A DNA stretch of 64,000 nucleotides from Patescibacteria group bacterium (GCA_023473585.1 JAMCYU010000004.1:1682-65681); one strand, 5' to 3'. Positions 51,013 through 59,784 are shown, counted from the first letter of the stretch. A program made the numbers and translations. The notes: generated by a model from the sequence alone, not told the origin.

Positions 51013-52635
51013 ATGACAAAATTCATCTTTATTTCCGGCGGGGTTATTTCCGGTGTCGGCAAGGGCGTGACAACGGCCTCAATCGCCCTTCTTCTTAAAT
51101 CCGCCGGTTTAAAAGTTTCGCCGATTAAAATCGACATGTATTTAAACATTGACGCCGGAACGATCAGGCCCCAGGAGCACGGCGAAATTTTTGTGACTGA
51201 CGATGGCCTGGAAACAGACGAAGACATCGGTCACTACGAACGCTTTCTTAATGAATCGCTGAATCGGACCCATTATATTACGACAGGCCAGATCTACCAG
51301 GAAGTTATACGCAAAGAAAGGGCTTTTGAGTATAAAGGCGAAGACGTTGAGGCGATACCTCATGTGACGGACGAGATTATCAGAAGAATTAAAGTTTGCG
51401 GCGAAAAAAACAAAGCCGATGTGGTTTTGATTGAGTTAGGAGGAACAGTCGGCGAATATCAAAACTCCATTTTCTTCGAGGCCAACCGAATCATGAAGCT
51501 CAAAAACCCCAATGACGTTTTTCACCTTCACGTTGCTTATCTACCGCTTTTAGCTTCGGTGGGAGAGTTAAAATCAAAACCAGTTCAGACGTCAGTTCAT
51601 ATTCTAAATTCCCTAGGCATCCAGCCTGATTTTTTAGTTGCCCGTTCCGAGAAGAAAATTGACAAGAAAAGACTGGAAAGACTGGCGCTGTTTTGTAATT
51701 TAAATGAAGAAGAGATTATTGACAACCCAGATTTTAAAAGTATCTACGAGGTGCCCCTAAACTTTGAAAGACAAAATTTCAGCCGAAAGATTCTTGCCAA
51801 ATTCGGAATTAAGAACAGAAAAGCTAATTTAAATGACTGGTGTCTCATGACCAATAAAATAGAAAATTCTCCTAAGGAAGTTAAGATTGCTTTGGTAGGT
51901 AAATATTTTATAACCGGCGATTATTTTTTAATGGATGCTTATGTTTCCGTGGTTGAAGCCTTAAAACATGCCGGCGCTTATTTGGGGGTGAAGCCTCTTA
52001 TTTCCTGGCTGGACAGCGAAGAGATCGAAAAAAAGGGGTCAGATATTTTAAAGAAATTTGACGCCATTTTGGTGCCTCAAGGATGGGGGAGTCGGGGAAT
52101 TGAGGGGAAAATTGAAGCGGTCAAATTTGCCAGAGAAAATAAAGTCCCCTATCTTGGGCTTTGTTTCGGGATGCAGATGGCGGTTGTGGAATTTGCCCGC
52201 AATGTCTGTCACTTAAAAGACGCCAATACCGGTGAGGCGGGCATAAAAACCGCAAACGAGGTTATTCATATTATGCCGGAACAAGAGGCCTATCTTCAAA
52301 AAAAACAATACGGCGGAACGATAAGGTTAGGTTCTTGGCCCTGCCAATTAGTCAAGGGTACGAAAACCGCTTTTTATTACGAAAAAGAAGCCAGAGATGG
52401 ACAAGTTTACGAACGGCATCGTCATCGTTATGAGTTTAACAATAAATATCGCGGGCTTATGGAGAAAAACGGCTTGATTATTGCCGGTTTGTCTCCTGAC
52501 GGGAAATTGGTTGAAGCCATCGAACTTGGCCTACATCCTTTTTTTATCGGGACGCAATTTCATCCGGAATATAAAAGCCGGCCTCTTTCGCCGCACCCTC
52601 TTTTTTTAGGTCTTTTAAAAGCGGCAGCTAAATGA
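51013..52635 (+). CDS. pyrG: CTP synthase
   Basis: FISGGVISGVGKG N-terminus and the GATase domain GLCFGMQ. Confidence 0.9.
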   Translation: MTKFIFISGGVISGVGKGVTTASIALLLKSAGLKVSPIKIDMYLNIDAGTIRPQEHGEIFVTDDGLETDEDIGHYERFLNESLNRTHYITTGQIYQEVIRKERAFEYKGEDVEAIPHVTDEIIRRIKVCGEKNKADVVLIELGGTVGEYQNSIFFEANRIMKLKNPNDVFHLHVAYLPLLASVGELKSKPVQTSVHILNSLGIQPDFLVARSEKKIDKKRLERLALFCNLNEEEIIDNPDFKSIYEVPLNFERQNFSRKILAKFGIKNRKANLNDWCLMTNKIENSPKEVKIALVGKYFITGDYFLMDAYVSVVEALKHAGAYLGVKPLISWLDSEEIEKKGSDILKKFDAILVPQGWGSRGIEGKIEAVKFARENKVPYLGLCFGMQMAVVEFARNVCHLKDANTGEAGIKTANEVIHIMPEQEAYLQKKQYGGTIRLGSWPCQLVKGTKTAFYYEKEARDGQVYERHRHRYEFNNKYRGLMEKNGLIIAGLSPDGKLVEAIELGLHPFFIGTQFHPEYKSRPLSPHPLFLGLLKAAAK

Positions 52636-52676
52636 ATGGCTTGTTTTAACTAGATTTTTTTGGTAAAATACGTTCT

Positions 52677-53018
52677 ATGGCTAATTCCATGAAATTTCAA
52701 GAGACTTCTTTTGCCGTCGGCGATACGGTTAGAGTTGACTATAAAATCATCGAAAAGGAAAAAGTTTCCGGCGTTAAAAAACACGAGGAAAAAGAAGAGG
52801 TCAGAGAAAGAGTCCAGCCTTTTGAGGGCGTGGTTTTATCCGTTCGCGGTAGCGGTGAAAACGCCAGTTTTACGGTGAGAAAAATCGCGGTCGGCGGAAT
52901 TGGGGTCGAAAGAATTTTTCCTCTAAGTTCTCCCTGGATTAAGAAAATTACCGTTAAAAAACCCGGTCATTTTAGACGGGCAAAATTGTATTACTTAAGA
53001 GGCAGGAAAGAGCTTTAA
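52677..53018 (+). CDS. rplS: 50S ribosomal protein L19
   Basis: [15 protein letters not shown]...FEGVV..VRGSG...[19 protein letters not shown]. Confidence 0.8.
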   Translation: MANSMKFQETSFAVGDTVRVDYKIIEKEKVSGVKKHEEKEEVRERVQPFEGVVLSVRGSGENASFTVRKIAVGGIGVERIFPLSSPWIKKITVKKPGHFRRAKLYYLRGRKEL

Positions 53019-53030
53019 GAGATTTTTTGC

Positions 53031-53390
53031 ATGTTTATAAGTAACCTCGGAAAAAGAGGCGAAGACCAAGCCTGTCTTTATCTTCAAAAAAATGGCTATA
53101 AAATTCTCCAGAGAAATTTCCGCAGCCGCCTTGGGGAAATCGACATTATCGCCCTTGAAGAGCAAACCGTTGTTTTTATTGAGGTCAAAACCAGGTTCAG
53201 CAAACAGTTTGGTCCGCCTGAAGAGGCGGTAACGCCCTGGAAAATCAGATCAATTATCAAAACGGCCCAATACTTTCAAATGCTTCATCCCAAACTGCCG
53301 GAAAGTTTAAGAATTGACGTGGTGGCCATCACCCTTGCCCCAAACGGCGAAACAAAGGAAATAAAATTAATTAAAAACGTGACTTCGTAA
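53031..53390 (+). CDS. yraN: YraN-family (UPF0102) endonuclease
   Basis: GE..A..YL...GY.IL.RN.R...GEIDIIA......VFIEVKTR. Confidence 0.7.
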   Translation: MFISNLGKRGEDQACLYLQKNGYKILQRNFRSRLGEIDIIALEEQTVVFIEVKTRFSKQFGPPEEAVTPWKIRSIIKTAQYFQMLHPKLPESLRIDVVAITLAPNGETKEIKLIKNVTS

Positions 53391-53521
53391 AAATTCCGAG
53401 TTGCCTGAAGGCTGGCCTAGATGATATAATAAATTCCATAAATCACACATGGGTCGCTAGCTCAAACGAGAAAAAGAGTTAAAATCTTCAAGGGGAAGAA
53501 TTTTATTTATAAAACAGTTCT

Positions 53522-53596
53522 GGGCCCGTAGCTCAATGGTAGAGCAGCAGCCTTTTAAGCTGTTTGTTGAGCGTTCGACTCGCTCCGGGCTCACCA
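53522..53596 (+). tRNA. tRNA-Lys (anticodon TTT), CCA encoded
   Basis: Acceptor GGGCCCG/CGGGCTC, D GCTC/GAGC, anticodon loop CTTTTAA, T-loop TTCGACT, 3' ACCA. Confidence 0.8.
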
Positions 53597-53712
53597 AGCT
53601 CAATGGTAGATCCGTCAGCTGACGGACTTTAAAGCTTTGGGTTCAGGGTTTCCTTCGACTTCGCTCAGGAGAAACGAATCCCTGGCGACTCACCAAGCTC
53701 AATGGCAAAAAA
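53597..53712 (+). repeat. degenerate tRNA-Lys-like duplicate (pseudo-tRNA with insertions)
   Basis: AGCTCAATGGTAGA (D-arm), TTCGACT (T-loop) and CTCACCA-AGCTCAATGG recur after the CCA end, with palindromic inserts (tccgtcagctgacgga). Confidence 0.35.
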
Positions 53713-53900
53713 GAAAAACTATCTTCTTTTCCTTCCCTTCGTGAAAAAGTTGACAAGCTTCGTGAAAAAACTTAGCATAAAGATGGAAGCATAAAAATAC
53801 GAGCGTTGTCCGCCTCCGCTTTCGATAAGCGCTTCGGCAGGACTAAAAGAAGCTTTAAAACTCGCAAGCTCGTTAAAAGCTTCTAGAGGAGGTGAAAAAA

Positions 53901-54563
53901 ATGCAAGGATTAAGTCAGATTATTTCCAATATCATCACTTCATCGTTGTTCAAACTCGCGTCCTATTTTCCGCAGTTTTTAGGCGGCCTGATTGTTCTAG
54001 TGATTGGCTTAATCGTGGCGGCCATACTGCACCGCGTGGTTTTGGAATTTTTCAAGTTAGTCAAGGTTTCCGAATGGTTGGAAAAAGCCAAAGTTGCCAA
54101 AGCCGGTGACTTTAATGTTTGGCCGGGACTTTTAGCGGAACTGATTCGCTGGACAACGATCATTTTATTCCTGGTGCCGGCGGTTGAAGCTTGGGGAGTT
54201 CCCAGAGTGACGGAAGTTTTGAACAAACTTTTGTTCTATCTTCCCAATGTCTTTGTGGCTGTCGTTATCGGTCTTATCGGGATTGTTATTGCCAACTTAA
54301 CCTACGACGTTGTCCGACACGGAGCCAGGAATTTAGGGTCAACTTCGGCTAATGCCATCGGTGGTATTGCCCGTTATTCCATTTTAATTTTTACGGCCTT
54401 AATTGTTCTTAATCAATTGGGAGTGGCTTCAGTCTTGATTCAGACATTATTTACGGGCATTATCGCCATGTTGGCCTTGGCCGGAGGTTTGGCTTTTGGT
54501 TTGGGCGGACAGGAAACGGCGAAGGACGTTTTAAACGGTCTAAGACAGAAGCTGGAAAGATAA
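53901..54563 (+). CDS. membrane protein with conserved-TM-helix repeats (MscS-like N-terminal region)
   Basis: 5-6 TM helices. SD aggagg precedes the ATG at 53901; the track start at 53892 is a GTG. Confidence 0.45.
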   Translation: MQGLSQIISNIITSSLFKLASYFPQFLGGLIVLVIGLIVAAILHRVVLEFFKLVKVSEWLEKAKVAKAGDFNVWPGLLAELIRWTTIILFLVPAVEAWGVPRVTEVLNKLLFYLPNVFVAVVIGLIGIVIANLTYDVVRHGARNLGSTSANAIGGIARYSILIFTALIVLNQLGVASVLIQTLFTGIIAMLALAGGLAFGLGGQETAKDVLNGLRQKLER

Positions 54564-54582
54564 GTAAAGGATTAGGCTTTTG

Positions 54583-54612
54583 TTGATATCTTAATCTTAA
54601 TTAAGGTATAAT
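54583..54612 (+). promoter_or_regulatory. candidate promoter TTGATA-N18-TATAAT
   Basis: Hexamers at 54583-54588 and 54607-54612, upstream of the hairpin element and the GIY-YIG gene. Confidence 0.35.
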
Positions 54613-54624
54613 ATTTGTTGTTAT

Positions 54625-54698
54625 GCGGCGCCTTCGTTCCCGATGGTAGATTCCATCGGGATCCCGATGACAACGATCATCGGGGCTAGCGGCCAAGG
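54625..54698 (+). other. tandem hairpin element in the 5' UTR of the GIY-YIG gene
   Basis: CCCGATGG-tagattc-CCATCGGG followed by CCCGATGA-caacga-TCATCGGG, flanked by GC-rich gcggcgcc/ggctagcggcc. Confidence 0.3.
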
Positions 54699-54707
54699 AT
54701 AACAAAA

Positions 54708-54959
54708 ATGATTGCCACTTATATTTTACAAAATACAAAGGGAATGTATTATATTGGTAGCACTAGCGATTTAGAGAAGAGATTAGAAAAACATAAAAAG
54801 GGTTATTCCAGATTTACTAAAAGTAAAGGCCCTTTTAAAATTGTATATAGAGAAATTTATAATAATCTTGCAGAAGCAAAGAAAAGAGAATATTATTTAA
54901 AATCCCTTAAAAGTAGAAAATTTATAGAAAAATTAATAGAACGCGCCGCGTTCGTCTAG
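54708..54959 (+). CDS. small GIY-YIG-domain nuclease (URI domain, 83 aa)
   Basis: YILQNTKGMYYIGSTSDLEKRLEKHKKG (GIY...YIG motifs). The last 5 codons overlap the tRNA-Glu 5' end. Confidence 0.7.
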   Translation: MIATYILQNTKGMYYIGSTSDLEKRLEKHKKGYSRFTKSKGPFKIVYREIYNNLAEAKKREYYLKSLKSRKFIEKLIERAAFV

Positions 54960-55018
54960 AGGCCCAGGACGGATGGTTTTCAGCCATCAAATCGTGGGTT
55001 CGAATCCCACACGCGGTA
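54945..55018 (+). tRNA. tRNA-Glu (anticodon TTC)
   Basis: GCCGCGT-TC-GTCTAGAGGCCCAGGAC (Glu-type D-arm), anticodon stem GATGG/CCATC with loop TTTTCAG, T-arm GTGGGTTCGAATCCCAC. G1.U72 wobble. Confidence 0.7.
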
Positions 55019-55134
55019 CTTAATAAAAACGCTATAGAAATAAGAAACTTGGAAAGCCAGTAAATCACCGGTTTACCCCGTAAAATCGTTTTTCCCGATG
55101 CGAAATTGTAAATATTAAGAGGAGGTAAAATTTT

Positions 55135-55161
55135 ATCGTGGTTCGAATCCGGTAGGCACTA
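55135..55161 (+). repeat. degenerate duplicate of the tRNA-Glu 3' end
   Basis: ATCGTGGTTCGAATCCGGTAGGCACTA versus tRNA-Glu ATCGTGGGTTCGAATCCCACACGCGGTA, 117 nt downstream. Confidence 0.35.
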
Positions 55162-55174
55162 CATTAGAACGTCG

Positions 55175-56368
55175 CTAAGAACTAAACCTCACAGGATTCA
55201 TGAAACTGTCGTGGAGAAGATCATATGTCGCTTCCAAAACGTCTTTCACGGAAATATTTTTTAGACCAATTTTTAATTCGTCATCTAAAGTTAAATTTTC
55301 AATTTTGGTACTATAGAGGGGGTTATATTTGCCTGGCGAAGTTATTTTTAAGCCCATTTCGTAATTCTCAATTTCACAATAAGGCTTCGGAGAGCAGATA
55401 GCTACGGTTTTTATTTTTAAAGCGATGGCGGCAAAAAGAGCAAAAGTTGTTGCACTGACAACAACTTCACAGTTATTCAATAGAGCCATAAATTGGCCAA
55501 GTGTATTATTGCATTGGTTTCCTGGAATATTAAATTTACGGAGTTTTTGTACTGCATGGTTATAGATTTCTGTTTCTTCAGGTCCGCCCAAAAGGAATGG
55601 TTTGACGCCTGGAATTTTATTAAGCTCTTCAGCTAGTTTTATAAAGTAGTCTATTGGCCATCTTTTTCTTGCGTGTTTCTTTTTTGAGCCTAAATTCAAC
55701 CCAATAATTTTATACCTTTGAATTTTAAGTTTTTTTAAATAATTCATTGCATATTCGGAGTCGTTTTTATCAAGCAGAAGATGTATGGGTTGATTTTTCC
55801 ATTTCATGCCGACTGATTCCAAAAGAAGCTGTTGTATGGGTTTTTTATTTTCCTCTCTGAATTTATCGTCGATTTGGAATCTATATAAGTCTGTGGAAAC
55901 CGGACTAGCAATTTTTGGCAGGCCGTTATGGTTCATTTCAAAACCGAATTTTATCGGGCTTTCTATCAAGTGAGTTAAACTTAGGGTAACGGGATTTACT
56001 TCGAAATTATAGATAAAGTCAAATTTTTCGGACAGAAGGGTTAAAAGATTTATAGGATCATCGGATAAAATTCTATCAACAGAAGGGCAATATTTTAAAA
56101 TTTGTATGCCTTCTTTGTTGGTCAGAAACGTGATTTGGCTTGGATTATGTTGTCTTTTAAATTCATCTCCCACGATGGTAGTTCTTAATACGCTTCCGAT
56201 GCCTCCCATTTCAATTATCAAGAGCCTTTTACCAATTGGGGTACAGTATGGGCTGGGGCATGTTGTATGATGGGCTAAAGCTACCCTACACGGTTTGTAG
56301 CCGTTAAAAAATCTACAGGTAGGATTTAAGAGATAGCTCAAAGGATAGCGATTTTTTTGAGTATGCAT
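55175..56368 (-). CDS. glycosyltransferase family 9 (heptosyltransferase-like)
   Basis: KRLLIIEMGGIGSVLRTTIV (GT9 N-terminal motif). C-terminal GT-B Rossmann with LGGPEE. Confidence 0.6.
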   Translation of the reverse strand: MHTQKNRYPLSYLLNPTCRFFNGYKPCRVALAHHTTCPSPYCTPIGKRLLIIEMGGIGSVLRTTIVGDEFKRQHNPSQITFLTNKEGIQILKYCPSVDRILSDDPINLLTLLSEKFDFIYNFEVNPVTLSLTHLIESPIKFGFEMNHNGLPKIASPVSTDLYRFQIDDKFREENKKPIQQLLLESVGMKWKNQPIHLLLDKNDSEYAMNYLKKLKIQRYKIIGLNLGSKKKHARKRWPIDYFIKLAEELNKIPGVKPFLLGGPEETEIYNHAVQKLRKFNIPGNQCNNTLGQFMALLNNCEVVVSATTFALFAAIALKIKTVAICSPKPYCEIENYEMGLKITSPGKYNPLYSTKIENLTLDDELKIGLKNISVKDVLEATYDLLHDSFMNPVRFSS

Positions 56369-56375
56369 ACGATTA

Positions 56376-57007
56376 ATGTATAATCGAGATAATTCTACTA
56401 TGAATTATCAGATTGGGCAAATTAAATTTCCGATAATAATTCTTTTGGGAGGCGTTTTTGGAGTTGGAAAGACAACGCTGTCGTATAACTTATCCCGTCT
56501 TTTAGGAATAAAACAGAGAACTTCGGTAGGGGTAATATCTAAAACATTACAGTATTTATATCCTGGAAAAAAGTCTATCCGTACTCTTGACAATCTTGAA
56601 CGGAATGAATGCGATTACAAAACATTTTTAAAACAGAGCCACTTGATGTGCTCTATTGTCAACTACATTATGAGAATTGCTCATGATGATGGGGTTGATT
56701 ATATTATTGATGGTGTTCAGCTTTTACCAACTTTTATAAAGTTTCGGAAAAATGTTCTTTACCTTTTTTTAAAATGTTCGAGCGCAAAAAATTAAGACAG
56801 AGGTTGGTGAATTCTACGTCACACAGAAAAAGATATAGAGAGACGAGTTTGGAGCAAGTCAAAAAGTTAATTTCTTTACAGCAATTTTTTATCGACTCGA
56901 TCAATGAGGGAAAAAATGTCAGAATTATTGATGGAGAGAAAAGCGAAGAAGGGGTGACAAAAGAAGCTTTAGAAGTAATTAAAGAGTGGATAAAAGTTTC
57001 TTTTTAG
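56376..57007 (+). CDS. P-loop kinase-like NTPase, apparently split by a frameshift in a T-run (ORFs 56376..56795 and 56774..57007)
   Basis: Walker A GGVFGVGKTT and DGV (Walker-B-like). The second ORF continues in another frame after ttttttt at 56766-56773. Confidence 0.45.
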
Positions 57008-57719
57008 CATCATCAAAAGTGTTCGTGGATTTTGAAATTTTAAAAAATCTTGAAACCTCTTTCTTTATAAGGCGGTCTTTATTAGATATAATATATATCA
57101 ATCTAAGATAATCTCTATCTTTCGGTGTGATGGATAAAACAAATTTCTTCCGGGGTTTTTTCGGAAAAGGCAAGTGGAAATACATAACTAAATGGTTAAT
57201 GAATTCTGGTCTTATAATTGCTATTTGTAAAAAACAAGAAAGAGTCAGTCTTTCAAAGTTGAAATATCGGTTGACTTTCCAGGAGATTTTCTGATCCCTC
57301 TCGTTTTTTCTTATAAACATCCAATAAAATTGTTTATGATTTATTAAAGGGGGTGTTGCATCAAGATAAATTAAGTTATTGTTAAGAATCGCGAAGTTAT
57401 CAGGTTTAGGATCAATGCTTACGGTAATTTTTTCCTGCGATTTTATTTTTGTTAGTAAATCCAGGAGTTTATTGACATAATTTTTATATTCTTTGAGGTT
57501 ACATTTTGTCATTTCTTGAGAAAGGAGTTTGTTATAAAACGGTTCAATAATCTTAACTTTTTTATTTGTGCACAAAATTTTGTATGGATAGGGTGTTTGG
57601 ATATTGACTAGTTTCAGTTGGGAACGAAAAAGCTTAATTGCTTGACAGAGCTCTCGGACTTTTTGTGGAGATAAATGTCCGTATTTATCGGAGAGAATTT
57701 TGGTGAATTTTTTATTCAT
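56979..57719 (-). CDS. protein-kinase-like fold protein (APH/Kdo-WaaP-like phosphotransferase)
   Basis: IDPKPDNFAIL...LIYLDATPP resembles the HGD..P.N catalytic loop plus the D[F/L]. metal-binding motif of APH/WaaP-like kinases. Confidence 0.4.
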   Translation of the reverse strand: MNKKFTKILSDKYGHLSPQKVRELCQAIKLFRSQLKLVNIQTPYPYKILCTNKKVKIIEPFYNKLLSQEMTKCNLKEYKNYVNKLLDLLTKIKSQEKITVSIDPKPDNFAILNNNLIYLDATPPLINHKQFYWMFIRKNERDQKISWKVNRYFNFERLTLSCFLQIAIIRPEFINHLVMYFHLPFPKKPRKKFVLSITPKDRDYLRLIYIISNKDRLIKKEVSRFFKISKSTNTFDDAKKKLLSTL

Positions 57720-58732
57720 AAAAGTGTTTGAATAATTATGTCTTCTCTTTTTTCCAAAGAAATGAATTCAAGATGGTTTTTTGCCCTTAACATTCCCCTG
57801 ACAATTACCTTATCTCCTGTTTCTACCATTTTTTGGAGAACCCATTCCATACTTATGACAGATACTGGTTGTCCGGCGATATCTACAATATATTCTCTTG
57901 GGAAAGAAGCAGAGTTACGAATATTTATTGCTATTCCTTCTTCGTTTACAGCGTGTATCTTTTTCGAACCTAGAACGGTTTGCATTCGATATTCCTCGCG
58001 GTTAAAGCTTCCCGACAATGCGATTTTTATTATGGATCCTTCTTTCGTCCCTGCTAAATATCTATTGCGAAGCTTGGCAATTCTTTTTGCTTGCTCAAAA
58101 GAAATGTTAAACCTCTGGCTGTAATCTCTGGCATATTCATCTTGTCTTTCTTCTGGTATTGGTTGAAAATCAAGATGCTTCAGAATATAAGGATCTTTTA
58201 ATTTAGAGTCAACTAAGGCAAAATTTTCTCCTCCGTAAACGAAAAGATCAAGGTCTGACTGAGGTTTGGCTAAGAGAAAACCCCAGGAGCCCATTAATCC
58301 AAAGTCTATTCCGGGGAAAAAAACTGTTAATCTTTTAAGGATTTCGGAGTGGGGGGAGTTGGTGTCTAAAACCCTATTTATTATTCTTCTTGCCGAGAAA
58401 ACTCTGTTTTTTTCATCAAGAGGTACGGCAAGAATTGAAATTTCTGCTTCTTCGTCTAGGACGACAAAATCGTCTAGTTTTTGATCTTTTAGATCCTCTA
58501 CTCTTTTATTGTATGGTACGTAATCTTTAACATAAAGCCCGTTTAGAAGAGGTGAACTTCTATCTCCGCTTGGAGATGATCTGAATTCAAAAGTGGCAGG
58601 AACCATTCGTCTCCCTGACTGGGCTATAACTACAAGAGGATCTCTGACTGCAGCTGCTCTTTCATCGGTAATTAACTTATCGTGCGACCATAAATCGTCA
58701 GGTAGGGGCTGGATCTTTTCGAATTTATTCAT
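57716..58732 (-). CDS. pol-beta-superfamily nucleotidyltransferase with a unique N-terminal domain
   Basis: GSWGFLLAKPQSDLDLFVYGG (the GS-x9-DxD NTase signature). 4-nt overlap with the downstream kinase-like gene. Confidence 0.5.
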   Translation of the reverse strand: MNKFEKIQPLPDDLWSHDKLITDERAAAVRDPLVVIAQSGRRMVPATFEFRSSPSGDRSSPLLNGLYVKDYVPYNKRVEDLKDQKLDDFVVLDEEAEISILAVPLDEKNRVFSARRIINRVLDTNSPHSEILKRLTVFFPGIDFGLMGSWGFLLAKPQSDLDLFVYGGENFALVDSKLKDPYILKHLDFQPIPEERQDEYARDYSQRFNISFEQAKRIAKLRNRYLAGTKEGSIIKIALSGSFNREEYRMQTVLGSKKIHAVNEEGIAINIRNSASFPREYIVDIAGQPVSVISMEWVLQKMVETGDKVIVRGMLRAKNHLEFISLEKREDIIIQTLL

Positions 58733-58738
58733 ATTTTA

Positions 58739-59701
58739 TTAGCATAAGGGGGCTATTAATCCTTCTGATGGAATAATACGGACCAATATATTGGTTTCTG
58801 ATTCTAGGTAATTTACAAGTAGCTCATTGGAGTTACTTGTAATTAAGTCTTCCGGATATAAATGAGTGATAAAACAAGCTTTAATTTTAGATCCCTTCAA
58901 AATGTCAACTAGGTCAATTCCTGAAAGATGATATTTGGAGTGTTTTGTGTAGATTGGATCATTGATGCAAACTATAAGAATATCGACTTGAGAAAACTTT
59001 CTTTTTATTATTTGATGAATTGAGGCAATTTTAGCAAACTGATTTTTATAGCTAAATTCTTCCGCATTAAATAACTTACCATTTTGATCTTGGATTTTTT
59101 TCGAATATCCGGTGTCGGGAATATAGCCTATTTTGACGTTTTTGTTTTCTAAGATAAAACCGTAGGTATCTTTTATAGAATGAAAAAGCTTAACCGGAAT
59201 AATATTGATATTATCGAAAGTTATCTCTTTATTCGGCATAATTTCAATTAAAGAGATTCTGTTGTCATTTAGAAAATAATCTCCCACAATTTTTTGTTTA
59301 AACACAGTTTTTGGAGCAATAATGCAGATATTTTTGTCAGGCTGGAGTGTAATAAATTCAAGAGCGGTATTTATACCGGCGGTGTGATCTATATGGTTGT
59401 GAGAGACGAAAACAGAGTTAATAGAGAGGAGATCTTCGATCTTTGAAATTCTTCCGAGAAGCTCTGCGCCGGGGTCGACAAGCAATTTAAGTTTGTCTAA
59501 AGAGATTATAAACCCTCCATAGAGCCATTTTGTTGAAAGGACAAGATCATCCCTCAAGTAATTAGGAAATTTGAAAAAAGAAATAAAATTAGATTTTTTT
59601 TGTTTCTGACTTTTCTTAATTATCTCAAATTTTCTTTTTTTTCTTTCTTGTCTGACTTTTGTGGCGATGTGGGTCATTTGGTCAAAAATTGATTTTTCCA
59701 T
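58739..59701 (-). CDS. metallo-beta-lactamase-fold hydrolase
   Basis: VSHNHIDH (HxHxDH) with later His/Asp ligands; 320 aa and no beta-CASP. Confidence 0.7.
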   Translation of the reverse strand: MEKSIFDQMTHIATKVRQERKKRKFEIIKKSQKQKKSNFISFFKFPNYLRDDLVLSTKWLYGGFIISLDKLKLLVDPGAELLGRISKIEDLLSINSVFVSHNHIDHTAGINTALEFITLQPDKNICIIAPKTVFKQKIVGDYFLNDNRISLIEIMPNKEITFDNINIIPVKLFHSIKDTYGFILENKNVKIGYIPDTGYSKKIQDQNGKLFNAEEFSYKNQFAKIASIHQIIKRKFSQVDILIVCINDPIYTKHSKYHLSGIDLVDILKGSKIKACFITHLYPEDLITSNSNELLVNYLESETNILVRIIPSEGLIAPLC

Positions 59702-59730
59702 GGCCCTATTATATCATTAGGCTGAATATT

Positions 59731-59784
59731 ATGAGAAAAATACTGGTAACTGGTGCTTCCGGTTTAAGTAGATTAGTAATATAG
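59731..59784 (+). pseudogene. remnant of an NAD-dependent epimerase/dehydratase N-terminus
   Basis: MRKILVTGASGLSRLVI* carries the classic MRKILVTGASGFIG Rossmann start, truncated after 17 codons. Confidence 0.3.

Noticed and set aside
53597-53890. tmRNA as an explanation for the tRNA-like tail after tRNA-Lys
   Set aside because: No 5' acceptor partner, no tag-peptide reading frame ending in the ...AA stop, and the tRNA-like portion is too short and degenerate. A tRNA-derived repeat is more consistent.
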